Positions 48,723 to 58,697 are shown, counted from the stretch's first letter. The stretch is 59,929 nt of DNA from Minisyncoccota bacterium (GCA_018061145.1 JAGOUR010000005.1:1-59929), one strand, 5' to 3'. The notes: generated from the letters alone by a model not told the origin. Numbers and translations are program-made.

Positions 48723-50000
48723 ATGGTGGATAATTTACAAAAAATAGAAAATTCTTTCAAGTTAAATGCCCGTGTCGGTTGGTTTTTGGCCAAGCGTGAT
48801 ATTCAGCGTGCAAACATATGGACTACAGGGTTGATCGTGCTTGTTATGACTCTGACATTTCTGAATCTGATTGTTGTGTCTGGTATCCTCGTGGGACTCA
48901 TCCAAGGATCCGAAGATGCGGCAAAAAAGTATGACATAGGGGATGTGCTGATATCACCATTCCTAAATCGTAGTGCCATAGATCAGACACCGCAGGTTGT
49001 AGATATTGTAAAAAATATTCCTGGTTATAAAAATCATACGGTTAGGTATTCTGGGTCTGCTCGTGTGGAATCTAATTATCGAGATACTGTGAAGCCCGGA
49101 GATAAACGTGACGGGGCAGGAGGATCTCTACTAGGAATTGATCCAATACAAGAAGAAAATTTTTCTGGAATTTCAAAATTTGTGACTCGAGGTTCATATT
49201 TAGGTCCTCAGGATGGAGATAGTGTACTGCTCGGCAAAAACCTACTCTATGAATTTACCCCGATTGAAGCTCCAGGATTCCAGACGCTCAAAAATGTTCA
49301 GATTGGATCAAGGGTTAAAATAACAGTAGGTAGTACTTCTCGCGAATATTTTGTAAAAGGTTTTATTCAGAGTAAGGTGGATTTTGATAGCTCTATCATT
49401 ATGATTGATTCAGAAGTGCGCAAACTTACGGGGCGTACAGACTTGAATGCTGCCACTATCGCAGTCCTATTAAAACCAGGGACAGATCCTGTTTTTGCAA
49501 AAAACTTTTTGATTGATTCTGGTGTAGGAGAATTTGCTCGTGTGCAAACTGCGGAAGAGGCTTTTCCTAAATTCCTAAAAGATATGAAGAGCACATTTTC
49601 TCTACTCGGTTCCATGATATCAGCTATAGGGCTCGTAGTTGCCTCTATCACTATCTTTATCGTGATATTCGTCAATGCTATAACTCGTCGTCGTTTTATT
49701 GGAATACTAAAGGGTATAGGTGTCCATAAAAAAGCCATACTTTATTCTTATATGTATCAGGCTTTTATATATGCGATACTTGGAATCATCATAGGTATGG
49801 TGCTCATATTCTTCTTTATAAAACCATATTTTACTGCCAACCCTATAAACTTCCCATTCTCTGACGGTATACTCGTGGCTACATTCCCGGGTGCATTGAT
49901 CCGAGCGGGAATACTACTAGTGACGACAATGATAGCAGGATTTATCCCAGCTCGTATGGTGATAAAACAAAATACCCTCAGTGCTATACTCGGAAGATAA
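48723..50000 (+). CDS. ABC transporter permease (MacB/FtsX-like)
   Basis: TM1, large extracellular loop, RRRFIGILKGIG, 3 C-terminal TM helices. Confidence 0.85.
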   Translation: MVDNLQKIENSFKLNARVGWFLAKRDIQRANIWTTGLIVLVMTLTFLNLIVVSGILVGLIQGSEDAAKKYDIGDVLISPFLNRSAIDQTPQVVDIVKNIPGYKNHTVRYSGSARVESNYRDTVKPGDKRDGAGGSLLGIDPIQEENFSGISKFVTRGSYLGPQDGDSVLLGKNLLYEFTPIEAPGFQTLKNVQIGSRVKITVGSTSREYFVKGFIQSKVDFDSSIIMIDSEVRKLTGRTDLNAATIAVLLKPGTDPVFAKNFLIDSGVGEFARVQTAEEAFPKFLKDMKSTFSLLGSMISAIGLVVASITIFIVIFVNAITRRRFIGILKGIGVHKKAILYSYMYQAFIYAILGIIIGMVLIFFFIKPYFTANPINFPFSDGILVATFPGALIRAGILLVTTMIAGFIPARMVIKQNTLSAILGR

Positions 50001-50021
50001 TAGTAAGATAATAAAAATAAA

Positions 50022-50702
50022 ATGCTTGAAGTAAAAAATTTAACAAAAAAATTTAAGAGTGGAGATCAAGAAGTGATCGCAGTAAATGATCTTTCTTTTG
50101 TGATAAAAGAAGGTCAGTTCGTGACTATCACTGGAAAGTCTGGATCTGGTAAATCTACTCTGATGTACCAGCTTGGTTTGCTCGACTTACCAAATAGTGG
50201 GACTATTCATATCGATGGTGCAGAACTAGTGAATATGCCAGAGGAGGATAGGACTATGGTTCGCCTGAATGATTTTGGTTACATATTCCAAGACTATGCG
50301 ATCTTGCCATCCCTCACAGCACTCGAGAATACACTACTACCACTTTTAATGCAGGGATATGATATGAAAGAGGCTGAAGAAAAAGCCAAGAAAGCATTGA
50401 TCAAGATTGGTCTGGGGGATAAGATGGGTAATCTTCCTAGTGAGCTTTCTGGTGGTCAGCAACAGCGCGTATCTATCGCTCGTGCTATATCACATGACCC
50501 AAAGATTATCTTTGCTGATGAGCCTACTGCGAATCTAGACTCTGAAACTTCTGCTTCTGTGATAAAAGCATTCCTAGAATTAAACAAAGAAGGGCAGACT
50601 ATCATCATGGTGACTCATGAAGAGGAGTATGCACAAATGGCTGACCGCACTATACACCTAGCTGACGGAAAAATAATGAGTGATAAATTGAATAAGAAAT
50701 AG
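50022..50702 (+). CDS. ABC transporter ATP-binding protein (LolD/MacB-like)
   Basis: GKSGSGKST, LSGGQQQRV, ADEPTANLD, VTHE. Confidence 0.95.
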   Translation: MLEVKNLTKKFKSGDQEVIAVNDLSFVIKEGQFVTITGKSGSGKSTLMYQLGLLDLPNSGTIHIDGAELVNMPEEDRTMVRLNDFGYIFQDYAILPSLTALENTLLPLLMQGYDMKEAEEKAKKALIKIGLGDKMGNLPSELSGGQQQRVSIARAISHDPKIIFADEPTANLDSETSASVIKAFLELNKEGQTIIMVTHEEEYAQMADRTIHLADGKIMSDKLNKK

Positions 50703-50765
50703 AAACACCCAAATCTTGGGTGTTTTTTTAAATTAGACTTTTTGCATATATGCTATAATGTATAT

Positions 50766-51539
50766 ATGGAAACATTAAAAAATAACAAGAAGTACGTCAT
50801 TATTGGATTAATAGTTTTAGCTATCATCTGTGTTCATTCATACGGTGGTAGGGGTATGATGGGTCGTTATGGTCAAGATGGAGTTCAAAATACTATCAGT
50901 GTATCTGCTGATGGAGAGGTGACTGCAGTGCCGGATATCGCAAGTATCAATTTTACTCTTTCAAAAGATGCAGCTACTTCAGGTACTGCCTCAAAGAACT
51001 TAAATGAGATAACTACAGCTGTATTGAATTATCTAAAAGAACAAAAGATTGCAGAAAAAGATATCAAAGCTGAGTATGGTGGAGTGAATCCAAAGTATTC
51101 AAATACACCTATCTACTGTGTGACAGTACCTTGTCCACAGCCTGAGTCAAAAATCACAGGATACACAGCAACACAATCTATCACAGTAAAAATCCGTGAT
51201 GTAGATACTGCAAATGATATCAAGACTGGTCTTTCAAAGATCGGTGTAGATATGATCAGTGGTCCTACATTTATGATCGATGATGAGCAAGCACTAAAAG
51301 ATACTGCTCGTGGCATAGCTATAAAGAATGCTCGTGAGAAGGCTGAGATACTAGCAAAGCAATTGGGAGTAAAGTTGGGTAAAGTCGCTAGCTTCTCTGA
51401 GAATGGAGGAGGATATCCTATTATGTATGCCAAGAGTTCTATGATGATGGATAGTGCGATGGGTGCAGCAGCTCCTGTACTACCAAAGGGGGAGAATAAA
51501 ATCACCTCAAATGTGACTATCACATATAGTATAAGATAG
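50766..51539 (+). CDS. SIMPL domain (DUF541) protein
   Basis: ISVSADGEV..PDIA, ITGYTATQSITV, AIKNAREKAE.LA..LGVKLG. Confidence 0.88.
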   Translation: METLKNNKKYVIIGLIVLAIICVHSYGGRGMMGRYGQDGVQNTISVSADGEVTAVPDIASINFTLSKDAATSGTASKNLNEITTAVLNYLKEQKIAEKDIKAEYGGVNPKYSNTPIYCVTVPCPQPESKITGYTATQSITVKIRDVDTANDIKTGLSKIGVDMISGPTFMIDDEQALKDTARGIAIKNAREKAEILAKQLGVKLGKVASFSENGGGYPIMYAKSSMMMDSAMGAAAPVLPKGENKITSNVTITYSIR

Positions 51540-51666
51540 ATATATAAAGAAAAAACCTCCTAAATGGAGGTTTTTTCTTTATATTGACTTTATGGGCCAA
51601 AAGGCGTATTATGTATTTACATACACCCGCGGGGTGTTTTTTAGTAAGAGTAATAATAGAGTCAAA

Positions 51667-51855
51667 ATGAAAAATTTAATCGAATATTTTAAAGAAACAA
51701 AGGCCGAAATAAAGAACGTAACATGGCCAAGTCGTACAAAAGCTGTATACGCTACAATAGCAGTCCTAGTCATATCAGTAGGGATAGCTTACTATCTAGG
51801 TCTTTTTGATTACTTGTTTGCGACAGGTTTGCAATGGTTGCTACTAAATAGATAA
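51667..51855 (+). CDS. secE: Preprotein translocase subunit SecE
   Basis: EIKNVTWPSR plus a single TM helix, directly upstream of nusG. Confidence 0.93.
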   Translation: MKNLIEYFKETKAEIKNVTWPSRTKAVYATIAVLVISVGIAYYLGLFDYLFATGLQWLLLNR

Positions 51856-51890
51856 TTATTATTAAATTTTTATAAATCTAATTTCGGATA

Positions 51891-51971
51891 GCGTCGCGAG
51901 GGTCGTGTCTAATAGACTTACACGACATGATTCCGCAGAATCAACTTACGCGACGTGATTCCGCTGAATCA
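51891..51971 (+). ncRNA. Putative structured cis-element in the secE-nusG spacer
   Basis: Two 28-nt tandem repeats, each with a TGATTC/GAATCA hairpin and each paired to its own upstream complement. Confidence 0.45.
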
Positions 51972-51973
51972 AT

Positions 51974-52522
51974 ATGGCAAAACAAGAATTAAAAGGAGAG
52001 CGCAATTGGTACGCAATCCACACATACGCCGGATACGAGAATGCAGTTTTGAGAAATCTAAAACAGCGTATCGACAGTCTGGGTATGAATGACAAGATAT
52101 TCAATGTTATCGTTCCTACTGAGAAGAAGATCAAGATCAAGGGTGGGAAGCGCGCAGAGGTAGAAGAAAAGGTTTATCCGGGTTATGTCCTAGTGGATAT
52201 GATCGTGGATGACAACTCTTGGTACGTAGTCCGCAATACTCCACGTGTCACAGGATTCGTAGGAGCAGGGGTGAACCCAGTTCCTCTTGAAAAATCTGAG
52301 GTGGATGCACTGTTCGGAAAGATGGATACAGAGAACAAGGCAAAGCACCAGATAGATTTATCTGTTGGCGAGATTGTACGCATCGGAGACGGCCCGTTCA
52401 AGGATCTAGAAGGCAAGGTAAGTGATGTAGATCATGAAAGAGGCAAGGTAAAGGTATTGGTTTCTATGTTCGGTAGAGAGACTCCAGTTGAATTAGACTT
52501 CCTACAGGTTAAAAAGTTCTAG
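51974..52522 (+). CDS. nusG: Transcription termination/antitermination factor NusG
   Basis: WYAIHTYAGYE, YPGYVLV, VRNTPRVTGFVG, KOW, MFGRETPVEL. Confidence 0.98.
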   Translation: MAKQELKGERNWYAIHTYAGYENAVLRNLKQRIDSLGMNDKIFNVIVPTEKKIKIKGGKRAEVEEKVYPGYVLVDMIVDDNSWYVVRNTPRVTGFVGAGVNPVPLEKSEVDALFGKMDTENKAKHQIDLSVGEIVRIGDGPFKDLEGKVSDVDHERGKVKVLVSMFGRETPVELDFLQVKKF

Positions 52523-52580
52523 CTTTACCTATAAGCATTTTTATGCTAAAGTAGACCTGTTACGCAAAAAGCTTCAAAAC

Positions 52581-52690
52581 ATTAAGAATTTTTAATTTAA
52601 AATTTTTAATTTTATAAATAATTTTATAATGTATTTATGTTTAAAAATTAGACATTTTTGCATTATTTAAAAATTACAAAATTAAGAATT
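52581..52690 (+). repeat. AT-rich low-complexity element in the rplK leader
   Basis: AATTTTTAATT...AAAATTACAAAATTA. A related copy lies on the minus strand at 55840-55960. Confidence 0.4.
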
Positions 52691-52700
52691 GTATGACTAT

Positions 52701-53126
52701 ATGGCAAAGAAAATTACAAAAAAGGTAAAACTACAAATTGCCGCTGCGAAAGCAACTCCAGCGCCACCATTAGGACCCGCACTCGGTCAGGCAGGTGTAA
52801 ACATCGCTGAATTCTGTCAAAAATTCAACGCTGCAACACAGGCAATGGCAGGTGATATCGTAGGTGTTAAGATCTCAGTTTTTGATGATCGTACATACGA
52901 ATTCACAGTCACAACTCCACCAGTAGCAGGATTGATATTCAAAGCTGCAGGTATAGAAAAGGGTTCAGGTAAGCCAAACACTTCAAAGGCAGGTAAGATC
53001 ACAAAGGCGCAAGTCCGTGAGATCGCAGAAAAGAAAATGCCAGACCTAAATGCTAAAAACATTGAAGGTGCTATGAAAATAGTAGAAGGTAGTGCTCGCT
53101 CAGCAGGAATCACAATCGTAGACTAA
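52701..53126 (+). CDS. rplK: 50S ribosomal protein L11
   Basis: [30 protein letters not shown]. Confidence 0.98.
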   Translation: MAKKITKKVKLQIAAAKATPAPPLGPALGQAGVNIAEFCQKFNAATQAMAGDIVGVKISVFDDRTYEFTVTTPPVAGLIFKAAGIEKGSGKPNTSKAGKITKAQVREIAEKKMPDLNAKNIEGAMKIVEGSARSAGITIVD

Positions 53127-53140
53127 TCGTTTTATATATA

Positions 53141-53165
53141 AAAACACCCCGTATGGGGTGTTTTT
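53141..53165. terminator. Intrinsic terminator after rplK
   Basis: AAAACACCCC-GTAT-GGGGTGTTTT. Confidence 0.85.
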
Positions 53166-53220
53166 GTTTGGGTTGACTAATTGTGGGGGATTAGTAAGAT
53201 GAAAGAAAAACAATAAAATT

Positions 53221-54012
53221 ATGGCAAAAAATATTATAACCTTCGAAAATAGGGAATATTATCTTGAAAAGAAAATCAGATACTATGACCCCGAGCATAG
53301 ATTTGAAATTATGATGTATCGTTCCAATTTACTTTTTCATACCCGTAAAGTTTCTGCAATTGTAGATTTTTTAATTCCTGTTGCACAAGCGCATTATGAA
53401 AATTTTGATGTAAAATTGGCACGATTGATACCTATCTATCATGATGACAATGAACTCGTTAGTAAGCGGGGGGATGTCTCTCTGCAGTTGAAAATCCAGA
53501 TGGATGATGAACAAAGACTAGAATTGGATAAAGAAGAGATGCAAGCTATCAATATACTGTGTCGTGAGTATCCTAAAAAGATTGAAGGATATAAAACTAA
53601 GGAAATACTCATGCATGCATTACATAAAAATTCTCGAGAAGCTCAATTGGTTTCGTTTGCCGACAAACATGACGGGTGGTGTGAATCAATTCATGAAAAA
53701 CTTGCAGGGAATGATATATTTCTTGAACCTGTTATGAATTATCCAAAAGATTTTTTTATACCTCGGCGTGAAAAATTCCCTTTGATAAAGGATTTGTTTG
53801 ATTCAGAATTAGCACAAAAGAATCCATTTTTTCAGTTTTCTGTTTGGGATATGATGCAGTATTTCCAGAATGGAAGATTAAGAGCTACTCCTCATAATGA
53901 GGAGACTCTTAAAAGAAACAGTATGATACCTTCATATGAACAATGGAAGAAGATTGTTCTGTCACTGCCGAACGGGTTCAATGAACTCACCGTGCAAAAA
54001 GAATTTCATTAA
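53221..54012 (+). CDS. HD-domain phosphohydrolase-like protein
   Basis: H...YHDDNE...ADKHD motif spacing resembles YfbR/HD_3 enzymes. Confidence 0.6.
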   Translation: MAKNIITFENREYYLEKKIRYYDPEHRFEIMMYRSNLLFHTRKVSAIVDFLIPVAQAHYENFDVKLARLIPIYHDDNELVSKRGDVSLQLKIQMDDEQRLELDKEEMQAINILCREYPKKIEGYKTKEILMHALHKNSREAQLVSFADKHDGWCESIHEKLAGNDIFLEPVMNYPKDFFIPRREKFPLIKDLFDSELAQKNPFFQFSVWDMMQYFQNGRLRATPHNEETLKRNSMIPSYEQWKKIVLSLPNGFNELTVQKEFH

Positions 54013-54014
54013 AT

Positions 54015-54046
54015 AAAAAATCCTGGCCGGCTGGTCAGGATTTTTT
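54015..54046. terminator. Bidirectional terminator between convergent genes
   Basis: AAAAAATCCTGGCC-GGCT-GGTCAGGATTTTTT. Confidence 0.8.
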
Positions 54047-54055
54047 TGCGTCATA

Positions 54056-54643
54056 TTAAGCTTGGACTCGTTCTACGTATTCACCAGTCTCTGTATTTAT
54101 ACGGATTTTTTCGCCTGGGTTTAGGAATAGGGGGACATTGACTGTAGTACCATTTTCCAATACTGCGATCTTGTTTCCACCACTAGCTGTGGCACCCTTG
54201 ATAGTAGGAGGGCAATCTTTGATGATGAACTCCATCTTTACTGGGAGCTTGATGCTGATTATTTGCTCTTCATCATCTTCATTGTTCCATGAGATTGCAG
54301 TTGTATTTTCATTTGGTTGTAGATATTTGATCTGGTCACCGATGACACTCTCTGCTAATTGGAATCGGTCTTTTGGATTCTCTGGATCACAGAACCAGTA
54401 TTCACCCTTGTTTGCAAATAGAAATTTTACCTCTTTTTTACTAATCTCGGCCTCGTCTGCTTTGTCTGAGGCATGGAATGTAGTATTCCATGTGCGTCCA
54501 GAGAGTAGACTCTTGAGCTTTACTTGGTTCTGAGGTTTGCGCTGTTGAGTGCGGGCAACATGGTTGTCCACCACCAAACAAGGCTCCTCTTCGTGGATAA
54601 TAATCTTTCCTGTGCGTATATCGCTGTATTCTAGCATTGCCAT
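54056..54643 (-). CDS. efp: Elongation factor P
   Basis: DIRTGKII, VKLKSLLSG, LPVKME, PTIKGATA, LENGTTVNVPLF..GEKIRINTETGEY. Confidence 0.92.
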   Translation of the reverse strand: MAMLEYSDIRTGKIIIHEEEPCLVVDNHVARTQQRKPQNQVKLKSLLSGRTWNTTFHASDKADEAEISKKEVKFLFANKGEYWFCDPENPKDRFQLAESVIGDQIKYLQPNENTTAISWNNEDDEEQIISIKLPVKMEFIIKDCPPTIKGATASGGNKIAVLENGTTVNVPLFLNPGEKIRINTETGEYVERVQA

Positions 54644-54792
54644 AATGTTTTTATATTAGACAAATTCTTCAGAAAATGCAACCTTGTTCAACCCCCGCAT
54701 ATTTTTCTGCTGAAAAATTGCTTTTCTCGCGCCAGTCGCGCTGTGAAGAGGGTGTTCACAAGATTCATTTTCTTACGAATTTTTATTTTTAA

Positions 54793-55839
54793 TTATTCTC
54801 CTGCACTGGTTATCTGGATTTCATTGAATCGAGATTTGATCTCTTTGAGTAGGGCATCCGATACCTTTTTATTCTCACGTAGCCATACGCGAGTAGCATC
54901 GTATCCACGACCCATAGGAACCTTTTCACCTTCTTTATTTTTCATAGAGTATGATGCACCTGCTTTGTCGATCAATCCTAGTTTTTCACCTAATGCGATG
55001 ATTTCTCCTTCACGAGAAATACCTTCGCCATATAGTATGTCGAATTCTGTTTGTTTGAATGGGGCAGCTACTTTGTTCTTGACCACCTTTACTCGAGTAC
55101 GAGAGCCGACTACGTCTTCACCTTTTTTAATCTGGGCGATACGACGAATATCAAGACGTACAGATGTGTAGAATTTTAGAGCCTTTCCACCTGGAGTAGT
55201 CTCTGGGTTACCGAACATGATACCGATCTGCATACGGATCTGGTTGATGAATATCACGACTGTCTTGGAATGGGCAACAATTGCTGTGAGCTTTCTTAAT
55301 GCTTGGGACATTAGACGAGCCTGTTTACCTACGTGTGATTGACCCATGTCTCCCTCGATCTCATCCTTTGGAGTGAGCGCTGCGACAGAGTCGATGACGA
55401 TGACATCGATCTTTCCAGAGCGGATTAGGCTCTCTGTGATCTCTAGGCCCTGCTCTCCTGTATCTGGCTGAGAGATTAGGAGCTCATTTATCTTTACTCC
55501 GAGCTTTGCTGCATAATCTGGGTCCATAGCGTGTTCTGCGTCGATATACGCACATACACCGCCAGTTTTCTGGGCTTCTGCTACTACGTGTAGGGCAAGA
55601 GTAGTCTTACCAGATGACTCTGGTCCAAATATCTCGATGATACGTCCACGGGGTAGTCCACCGACGCCAAGTGCCATATCCAATCCCACTGAACCAGTGG
55701 ATATAGTATTCACATCTACCTTTGCTGTCTCTCCGAGTGTCATGATGGCACCTTCACCGAATTTAGTCTGGATAGATTTGATTGTATCTTCGATGGCACT
55801 GCCTGTTGTCTTTGGTTCTTTCTTTGCTTTCTTTTGCAT
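54793..55839 (-). CDS. recA: Recombinase RecA
   Basis: [45 protein letters not shown]. Confidence 0.99.
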   Translation of the reverse strand: MQKKAKKEPKTTGSAIEDTIKSIQTKFGEGAIMTLGETAKVDVNTISTGSVGLDMALGVGGLPRGRIIEIFGPESSGKTTLALHVVAEAQKTGGVCAYIDAEHAMDPDYAAKLGVKINELLISQPDTGEQGLEITESLIRSGKIDVIVIDSVAALTPKDEIEGDMGQSHVGKQARLMSQALRKLTAIVAHSKTVVIFINQIRMQIGIMFGNPETTPGGKALKFYTSVRLDIRRIAQIKKGEDVVGSRTRVKVVKNKVAAPFKQTEFDILYGEGISREGEIIALGEKLGLIDKAGASYSMKNKEGEKVPMGRGYDATRVWLRENKKVSDALLKEIKSRFNEIQITSAGE

Positions 55840-55960
55840 AAAATTATAATTTTGTAATTTTATAATTTAAAAATTTTATAAATAATGTTTAAATGAATTA
55901 ATTTATTAAAACATTTGTTTATTATTTAAAAATTAAAAATTTGTAATTAAAAATTTTGTA
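55840..55960 (-). repeat. AT-rich low-complexity element in the recA leader
   Basis: Reverse complement shares AATTTTTAATT..AAATTTTTAATTTT and AAAATTACAAAATTA with 52581-52690. Confidence 0.4.
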
Positions 55961-56344
55961 TTACTTTTCTAATAATGCGACTTTTTGATTATCTTTGTAG
56001 ACTACTTGGAATTGCTTTTTTGAGGTATTACCGAATTTGTCTTGAGCTTCTATTGTGACAACACCCAGGCCATCTAGTAAGGCGATAGGCTCTTTGAATG
56101 TGCCGTCCTTGTCTATGAATATCTCTCTACCATTTAGACTGATATATATGGCATTCCTCGCATTTCCTTTTATGAAGGCAAGGGGGGATTCAGATGTTTT
56201 TTCTATCTCTGCCTTTACTTTGACTCCATTTATCACGACTCTCATCTTTGCATATGAATATACAGAGATAGATAGGAACAGAGCCATACATAGCCCTGTT
56301 CCGACCCACCACTTTACTGATCTTTTTTTGATAGTTGATGTCAT
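55961..56344 (-). CDS. Membrane-anchored Ig-like/beta-sandwich hypothetical protein
   Basis: N-terminal TM, IKGNARNA..ISLNG....IDKDGTF...L..G...TIEAQDKFGN pattern. Confidence 0.7.
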   Translation of the reverse strand: MTSTIKKRSVKWWVGTGLCMALFLSISVYSYAKMRVVINGVKVKAEIEKTSESPLAFIKGNARNAIYISLNGREIFIDKDGTFKEPIALLDGLGVVTIEAQDKFGNTSKKQFQVVYKDNQKVALLEK

Positions 56345-56345
56345 A

Positions 56346-58583
56346 TTAGATTTGTTCTTCGTTGCCTATATGATCGACTGGTCTTTCTAATACATCACGA
56401 GGCTTTGATCCATTGGCTGGACCAACTATACCTCTGTCTTCTAGCATATCTATCAGTTTTGCTGCACGGGCGTATCCTACCCCTAGTTTTCTCTGTAGGA
56501 ATGAAGTAGAGGCTTTTCCAGTTTCTATCACTATCTGCCTTGCGTCTTCATATAGGTCATCATCACCACCTTCGTCTGTCAGACTACCGTTGAATAAGTT
56601 GTTGCCATTTTCTATTGAACCTGAAAGCTCTATTGTATCTGGTAGCTCGTCCATGTATGCATCTTTTAGATACTCTACAACTTTCTTGACCTCATCTTCT
56701 GATATAAATGCTGATTGTAGACGCTCGGGCTGACTCATCTCTGCCCCTGCGTATAGCATATCTCCGGCACCTAGGAGTTTTTCAGCTCCTGCCTGGTCTA
56801 GAATTGTACGGGAGTCGATCTGAGAGGCTACTTGGAGAGCGATACGAGTAGGAACATTGGCCTTGATCAGACCTGTGATTACGTTTACAGATGGACGCTG
56901 AGTAGATAGTATGAGGTGTATACCGACAGCACGAGACATCTGAGCGAGGCGTACAATGCCACTCTCGAGCTCTCTTGGGTATGTCTGCATGATATCTGCC
57001 AACTCATCGATGATGATGACTATATACGGCATACGCTCCAATTCACCACTCTTGTCTTTGGCTAGTATATTCTCGTGATAACTAGTGATATCTTTAACTG
57101 AATGAGATTCTAGGATGTCATATCTTCGGTCCATCTCTTTTGCTGCCCATTTGAGGGCTAGGATCGTCTTCTTCGGGTCTGTGATTACTGGTGTGAGTAG
57201 GTGCGGGATCTTGTTATAAAGGGTGAGCTCTACACGCTTTGGGTCCACCATGATAAATCGCAAATCTTCAGGGCCATTTCTATATAGTAGAGATACGATG
57301 ACAGAGTGGATAGTGACGGACTTTCCTGAACCTGTAGTTCCGGCGATAAGGGCATGAGGCATCTTGGCTAGGTTTCCGAATAGGGCCTTGCCAGAGAGTC
57401 CTCGTCCTAGCGCGATCATCAGTGGCTTTGGTGCATTTTGGAATTTATCATCCGCTAGCAGTGTCGCCATTCCGACTGTTGATTTTGCTTTGTTTGGTAT
57501 CTCGATACCTACTAGAGATTTACCTGGGATAGGTGCCTCGATACGTATAGGGTGAGCAGCGAGAGATAGGGCCAAGTCATTTTGTAGTCCTACTATACGA
57601 GATAGCTTTACTCCCTGGGCCGGCTTTAGTGCGTATCTTGTGACTGTCGGACCGATGGTCACCTCGTCCATCTCTACTGGTATACCGAAGTTAAGAAGTG
57701 TCTTTTGAATGACATTCATGTTTGATTTCACATCTCCGACATTTGCCTTTCCGCTATCTTTTTCAAGAAGTGCTAGTGGTGGAGGAGTGTAAGCTTTCGA
57801 TACGAATTTTTTGGATTTTGGTAGAGGTTTTTCTATCAGCTCCATTTCTTCTTCTGTCTCCTCGTATTCTTCCTCGAGAGGTTTTGTCTTCTTTGCTGGT
57901 GTAGGGGATTCATCTTCTTTTTGTATATCTTCTGTTGTCTCCGCGTTGCCTTCTATTCGGATATCTTGCTTGAAGAATGCGACTATCTTGTCCCAGATTT
58001 GCATGAGGTTTGGACGCTCATCAAAGAGTACGAGAAGAGAAACAATCAGTACTGTCCCCAGCACCAAGATACCTCCGATCTCTCGGAATAATTTTATGAA
58101 AGGCCATGCGACGATACTACCTAGGTATCCACCCCAGACGAGATTTGTAGACTCTCCTGCGCCGTTAGCTGTGATGTCACAGATACCGAGAATAGAGAGT
58201 ATGAGAGTTGCCCCGACTACTGCGTGCAGAGTAGCAACTTCTGGTCTACCTCGTCTCATAAATGATACACCGAGCACTCCTAAAACTACGGGTAGTATGT
58301 AGTATCCGATACCTAGAAATGAACCCAATACTTGCATCAAGAAATCACCTGCGATGCCTCCTATATGAAAAATTGATAATACTATTAATATTGCGAAAAC
58401 AAAAAAAACTACACCCCAAATACTTTGTCGGGTTTCATCTTTTAGTTCGACTTTTCTGCGATGTTTTGATCCTTTTTTGGGTCCCGGTTTCCTCTTTCCG
58501 TTGCTAGAATTTCTGCGAATAGGAGCATCATCTTCGAATTCTTCATCGTCTTCAAATTCATCTTCAATATCTTTTTTTGCCAT
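56346..58583 (-). CDS. ftsK: DNA translocase FtsK/SpoIIIE
   Basis: 4-TM N-terminus, AGTTGSGKS, IIIDELAD, QRPSVNVITG, gamma domain ASTSFLQRKLGVGYARA. Confidence 0.97.
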   Translation of the reverse strand: MAKKDIEDEFEDDEEFEDDAPIRRNSSNGKRKPGPKKGSKHRRKVELKDETRQSIWGVVFFVFAILIVLSIFHIGGIAGDFLMQVLGSFLGIGYYILPVVLGVLGVSFMRRGRPEVATLHAVVGATLILSILGICDITANGAGESTNLVWGGYLGSIVAWPFIKLFREIGGILVLGTVLIVSLLVLFDERPNLMQIWDKIVAFFKQDIRIEGNAETTEDIQKEDESPTPAKKTKPLEEEYEETEEEMELIEKPLPKSKKFVSKAYTPPPLALLEKDSGKANVGDVKSNMNVIQKTLLNFGIPVEMDEVTIGPTVTRYALKPAQGVKLSRIVGLQNDLALSLAAHPIRIEAPIPGKSLVGIEIPNKAKSTVGMATLLADDKFQNAPKPLMIALGRGLSGKALFGNLAKMPHALIAGTTGSGKSVTIHSVIVSLLYRNGPEDLRFIMVDPKRVELTLYNKIPHLLTPVITDPKKTILALKWAAKEMDRRYDILESHSVKDITSYHENILAKDKSGELERMPYIVIIIDELADIMQTYPRELESGIVRLAQMSRAVGIHLILSTQRPSVNVITGLIKANVPTRIALQVASQIDSRTILDQAGAEKLLGAGDMLYAGAEMSQPERLQSAFISEDEVKKVVEYLKDAYMDELPDTIELSGSIENGNNLFNGSLTDEGGDDDLYEDARQIVIETGKASTSFLQRKLGVGYARAAKLIDMLEDRGIVGPANGSKPRDVLERPVDHIGNEEQI

Positions 58584-58668
58584 AAATTTATACCTTTATT
58601 ATATCATAAAAACAGTATCCATCTGCTATTTTCTGGTTGCTATTAGGGCTCCAAATCGCCCCATTTTT

Positions 58669-58697
58669 TAGTCCATAGTTCCTAGTTGCTAGAAACT
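58669..58697 (+). repeat. Heptamer-periodic TAG repeat upstream of the helical-bundle/HTH gene
   Basis: TAGTCCA TAGTTCC TAGTTGC TAGAAAC. Confidence 0.45.

Noticed and set aside
54743-55171. 142-aa plus-strand ORF and other short antisense ORFs in the track (e.g. 40225-40731, 57811-58302)
   Set aside because: They are shadow ORFs opposite well-supported genes (recA, pgk, ftsK) and have no recognisable motifs.
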